The translations under genes were made by a program, and so were the position numbers. A DNA stretch of 64,000 bases, from assembly GCA_964188305.1 (NCBI GenBank), contig OZ076885.1; one strand, given 5' to 3'. This DNA is from Podarcis bocagei. Taxonomy: Eukaryota. Positions 61,601 through 64,000 of this stretch are shown in pieces (positions within the stretch are counted from its first letter, which is position 1; the number at the start of each line of letters is the position of its first letter). Under the pieces are notes generated by a model. The model was not told where the DNA came from and did not search any database. It was given only the letters and a program-made list of their open reading frames with translations.

Positions 61601-63365
61601 AAGTCCTAGCCCAAGGATAGCCAATGTGGTGTCCTCAAAATGTTGCAGGCCTACAACTCCATGCTGGCTAGGGTTCATAGGGGTTGGGCTCCAACAGCAT
61701 CTGGAGGGCAACACAGTGGCTACCAGGCCAGTTAAGGGTTAGCACCTGCACTCTGCTACCAATGTTATTTCTTAGCAACATGAAGGCAGCACAGTATATA
61801 TGTGCAACCCTCAACCCACATCAGTGTAATTTATGTGATTCTTCAACAAAGGTTGATATTCACCTAGTATACCAAGCCACCACTAGTAACCTTTAGTGTC
61901 CCTAAACAGACACCAAGAGTCAAACTAGACATGGCATTAATGTATAAATGCATTTATACATGTATGAATACACATTTATTCATTCATTCATTCATTTATA
62001 CATACATACATACATACATACATACATGGTATCCCAACCACAGTCCTGGTAATGACCCAAACTAGTTCACTCAAGGAAGGAAACAGCAAGTTTGGGAGGT
62101 AATTCTTCCCAGAGTGTGTTGTTGGGGGAAATGATTAAGAATACTCCCTCAAAACTGTTTTTTTAAGTTTAAAAAAGAAACATTAAATGTACTAGCATAT
62201 TTAACATCACGTCAAAGGCTTACATGATACATACAGTGATAATACAGGTGGACAATAAAAGTAGGAAAGAAAGAAACAAAATGAGAAAAGGAGCTGATAA
62301 CAATCTTACCTTGTTAAGCATAAGTGGGGTGAGTTGGGCTGGAGATGAATGGCTCTGTTTATATCTTTAATTGCACTCTTTAGATCATGAACCTGTTATT
62401 TTAAAACAGACAAACATCCATTATTCTTTGTCTCAGGATACCACCATCTCATTCAATGTGTTCTCCTATACAAGGACCACCTCCTCCTTTTTAAAACATT
62501 TTTAATCCATATCTTTTAACAGTAAATAAACTTCAATTGATTGTTAAGAAACTTCCACAGCTTTCATTTCTGCCTTGACCAGAAGGAAGGGCCATAATCC
62601 ATCATACCGTCCCTGCTAGCCGAAGGAAATCCTTTTATGTAAATAATAGGGCATGTCCAGATTTCCAAATCCAAATTTCTCCAGTTTTTTAGTACCTTGG
62701 TAAAACTGGCCAACATTTACTAACATACAGAATTCATTCAGAAATTATGGACCTATACATTAATTTGGGATCATCTGAAGAGGACAGTTATATTTTTTAA
62801 AAAAGCTTCTCCTGTGATACTAGGAGTTAGACTCCAAACTTTTTGTCCAGAGGAGAAGGGGTTCTCCCCTTTGTGTCCCCCCCAATATATGTATATATAT
62901 ATATGGGGATTTTTTAAAAAAAAATTAAGTGGGAAGTTTTAACTAGCGCATGTATCAAGGGAAAAACAAAGCCAGAATGTTCAACACTGTATACGCTAAA
63001 TACTCTTCATTAGTTTTTAGAACTAAATTAAGCCTTCAGAGAGATGGTTCTGACTAAGAAAACACCAGGACCTCTGTTGTTTGCACTGAGAAAGTCTTTG
63101 CATTTCTTGCACATTGTCCCAGCATTGTTTTATATGCAAGCCTTAAAGCAGCTAGTTACCTATTGAGCACCTATCACACAAATTCTACAGCATAGGTAAA
63201 GAATAGATAGATACCCTTTGATGTGCCTGGGCTCTGCACATGTATGGTCTAATATCTAATGGATCCAGCTGAATGGCTTGAGTGAACTGTCGAATAGATT
63301 CAAAATAACGGTCCATATATAACATCAAAATCAGTCCAATATTTATGTAAGCTACGGAAAGGCTC
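39838..63365 (-). CDS. TTC6: TTC6 (tetratricopeptide repeat protein 6), 3' part: 15 coding exons, about 700 aa; gene continues beyond the right end of the window
   Basis: 15 exons with GT-AG boundaries and compatible phases (total 2107 nt = 1 nt + 702 codons including stop) give a continuous TPR-repeat protein; the C-terminus ALSIQPYDSLMFKLRADIRGKMGLMKEAIADYKKAISIQE resembles the TTC6 C-terminus as I recall it. Confidence 0.88.
40548..40605. repeat. compound (CT)n(GT)n microsatellite just past a TTC6 splice donor
   Basis: Seen directly. Confidence 0.95.
40614..40839 (-). CDS. TTC6: TTC6 penultimate exon (ANNYYSKALMLDPTNESAFLNRAITN...EEAISK)
   Basis: tttttcag acceptor, gtaaa donor, 226 nt. 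Confidence 0.88.
41365..41577 (+). mobile_element. Tc1/mariner-type MITE (CAGTGGTACCTC family)
   Basis: TIRs and TA TSD. Confidence 0.9.
42344..42698 (-). mobile_element. Sauria SINE
   Basis: TSD TAAGTACTGTGTA. Confidence 0.9.
43126..43296 (-). CDS. TTC6: TTC6 exon (VTTSAELLTNRGVINQFMG...AYFNAANIYFNNRQFSQ)
   Basis: tttcag acceptor, GT donor, 171 nt; lies inside ORF 43114..43350. Confidence 0.88.
43463..43601 (-). mobile_element. Penelope-like element terminal fragment with an inverted arm
   Basis: Same family as 44890-45116; 12-bp TSD TGTCAGGGAAGA (43451-43462 and 43602-43613). Confidence 0.75.
43602..43870 (+). mobile_element. purine-rich LTR-like fragment starting TGTCA, open acidic-then-basic frame
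   Basis: TGTCA start; composition and translation style like the 8680 LTR; no right end found. Confidence 0.4.
44591..44743 (-). CDS. TTC6: TTC6 exon (ALGKFQKAWAQFSAVLYIDPKCHIAYDGRAVVSLQMGDTFAAFQDTNAALK)
   Basis: tag acceptor, gtaaa donor, 153 nt. Confidence 0.87.
44890..45116. mobile_element. Penelope-like element pseudo-LTR as a perfect palindrome
   Basis: 98-bp perfect inverted arms (44921-45018 and 45020-45117), 15-bp TSD CAGTAGATAATCAGT, hammerhead core. Confidence 0.8.
45022..45059 (+). ncRNA. minimal type I hammerhead ribozyme (mirror copy on the minus strand at 44979-45016)
   Basis: GTAT-CTGAAGA-A-GTGTG(CATG)CACAC-GAAA-GC-TT-ATAC: stem I GTAT/ATAC, CUGANGA and GAAA cores, stem II hairpin, palindromic AGCT in place of stem III. 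Confidence 0.7.
47165..47375 (-). CDS. TTC6: TTC6 exon (LQKYEEAVQSFSKVIKLDPFSLDGYIGRGNAYLEYG...YSLQ)
   Basis: ttttcag acceptor, gtaat donor, 211 nt; lies inside ORF 47150..47533. Confidence 0.88.
47445..47841 (+). mobile_element. Bov-B (RTE) LINE 3' fragment
   Basis: WTIKKADRRRIDAFELWRRLLRVPWTARRSN...LQYFGHLMRR; (CAA)n tail; TSD ACTTTACAATG. Confidence 0.92.
48783..48856 (-). CDS. TTC6: TTC6 exon (DFAEVALSKPKDGKLFQNIGHCCHR)
   Basis: ttttag acceptor, gtaat donor, 74 nt; supplies the phase the next exon needs. Confidence 0.8.
49359..49605 (+). mobile_element. tRNA-derived SINE (Squam3/L2-tailed type)
   Basis: A box TGGTGTAGTGG, B-box-like GGTTCGCGTCT, L2-like 3' end. Confidence 0.75.
49620..50060 (-). 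mobile_element. degenerate L2 RT fragment
   Basis: ILLDL..., IYMELLAEVI and YADDTQL-like stretches on the minus strand. Confidence 0.55.
50128..50247 (-). CDS. TTC6: TTC6 exon (ALKDYGIVLLLEPSKDIVLKVLINRALLYVDLNQHANALE)
   Basis: ttttacag acceptor, GT donor, 120 nt. Confidence 0.87.
52058..52171 (-). CDS. TTC6: TTC6 exon (TYKHAVEDLSKAIDLDNGCILAYYNRALSYHCLKDSKN)
   Basis: cctacag acceptor, gtatg donor, 114 nt, TPR motif. Confidence 0.87.
53329..53469 (-). CDS. TTC6: TTC6 exon (AYLSRAAYYGCKGRFSKGIMNCNEALRIQPTSVRAYLSRGALKFYNR)
   Basis: AG/GT boundaries, 141 nt; lies inside ORF 53200..53547. Confidence 0.87.
54045..54212. mobile_element. hAT-type MITE with internal CCCTAA-containing tandem repeats
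   Basis: TIR CAGTGGCGTAG / CTATGCCACTG; 8-bp TSD TGGATAGG. Confidence 0.85.
54357..54705 (+). mobile_element. Sauria SINE
   Basis: TSD TATTTTTATTGCT. Confidence 0.9.
54787..54936 (-). CDS. TTC6: TTC6 exon (ACDAFTSAVKLYPRYADAYYQRGLCRMQL...DHFQ)
   Basis: AG/GT boundaries, 150 nt, canonical TPR motif. Confidence 0.87.
57293..57409 (+). mobile_element. Bov-B LINE 3' tail
   Basis: Matches 47725-47841; (CAA)n tail. Confidence 0.8.
57594..57734 (-). CDS. TTC6: TTC6 exon (DAVASFKQALKRL...AAEIYFFMGQCYMEQVSLLE)
   Basis: AG/GT boundaries, 141 nt, phase 0-0. Confidence 0.85.
58524..58883 (+). mobile_element. Sauria SINE
   Basis: TSD TAGGGTGGAA. Confidence 0.9.
59241..59401 (-). CDS. TTC6: TTC6 exon (GPLECSLVQEALVQSFCQNHNKAI...GKIQMKAKKYK)
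   Basis: ttttacag acceptor, GT donor, 161 nt; lies inside ORF 59190..59495. Confidence 0.85.
60066..60142 (-). CDS. TTC6: TTC6 exon (GQYLLEMQNYDLASFCIHQVAEMGQ)
   Basis: tttacag acceptor, GT donor, 77 nt; lies inside ORF 59752..60165. Confidence 0.85.
60307..60890 (-). mobile_element. L1/Tx1-clade LINE 3' fragment
   Basis: ORF 60494..60796 PEAFLLG...ARMLLAQKWE...EWIQKLMEYAEMAKL...FIKEWKWFIEY; 15-bp TSD CATTCAGCAACCTTT. Confidence 0.8.
62310..62392 (-). CDS. TTC6: TTC6 exon (VHDLKSAIKDINRAIHLQPNSPHLCLTR)
   Basis: AG acceptor, gtaag donor, 83 nt, phase fits both neighbours. Confidence 0.85.
63215..63365 (-). CDS. TTC6: TTC6 exon (SLSVAYINIGLILMLYMDRYFESIRQFTQAIQLDPLDIRPYMCRAQAHQR)
   Basis: ttttcag acceptor, gtatct donor, 151 nt, TPR-like translation. 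Confidence 0.85.
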
Positions 63366-64000
63366 CTGAAAATAGAGGCAGAATGCTATGAGCGTTACGT
63401 TTTTCAACATGTTTGTACATTATGCTACATTGAATTTCATATTATTTGTTGAATTAAAGCCAGTCTGCTTTCCAGTAAGAAAAACATGTTTCCATCCTAG
63501 ACCTGTAGACGCTACATATCAAAAGCAAGAGTAATGTTTTGAGTTCCCTCCTGCTATCTCCATGCTGCTTCTTATAGTGAGGGCAGAAGCACAGCAGAGT
63601 GTCAAGGAGAGGAATACACATTTCTTTTCCACAGCATGGCATGGCATCACACAACCTGCTTTGTAGGCAACCTGGGCACTATGAGCATAATTTACCTCAG
63701 CACAACAGAACTTCTGCTTTCTGGCCGTCCACAAAGTGGGATTTATCAGTGACCTACACTGACGTGTTAGCTAAACAATTAATTAAACAATTAATGACAA
63801 TAATGTGCCATTCTGATACAGATGCCACATTAGCATCAGAATCTATATTAGATTCATTCCCAAGCTCTCCTAGTTATGTTTCCTTGGGGAAGGTGGGGAG
63901 CAAGGAATACAAGATATCAGCAGTGTAGCTTCTTGGGTAATACAGCCAAGCAACAGAAGTCTACCTGGTCTGAGTTCGGTAGTTTGATGGTTAATACCTT

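Overview
Vertebrate (squamate reptile, most likely a lacertid lizard, inferred from abundant Sauria/Squam1 SINEs, Bov-B and squamate-type L2 tails) genomic DNA, not prokaryotic. The right 24 kb holds the last 15 coding exons of TTC6 (TPR-repeat protein) on the minus strand, which I spliced by hand into one open frame of about 700 aa ending at TGA 39838-39840. The left 39 kb is repeat-dense and apparently intergenic. Its centrepiece is a 7.0-kb class I (gamma/epsilon-like) endogenous retrovirus at 21303-28312. It has two 734-bp LTRs that look identical by eye, an ATAT target-site duplication and a tRNA-His PBS, but a broken, mosaic interior. A Copia-like gag ORF sits where protease/RT should be, about 1 kb of foreign DNA interrupts gag, an intact 100-aa orphan ORF lies between integrase and env, and env is internally deleted. 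Each LTR carries a strong CTCF motif and three STAT/GAS motifs. The ERV inserted into the RT of an old Ngaro/DIRS tyrosine-recombinase retrotransposon that also carries an SGNH-hydrolase-like domain. Other notable items are a perfect 197-bp Penelope palindrome with a minimal hammerhead ribozyme on both strands, a solo LTR almost filled by a 227-aa ORF, a Tc1/mariner-type MITE expanded by an array of GC-rich hairpins, and several nested insertions with clean TSDs. All family names come from motif recognition, not database searches.
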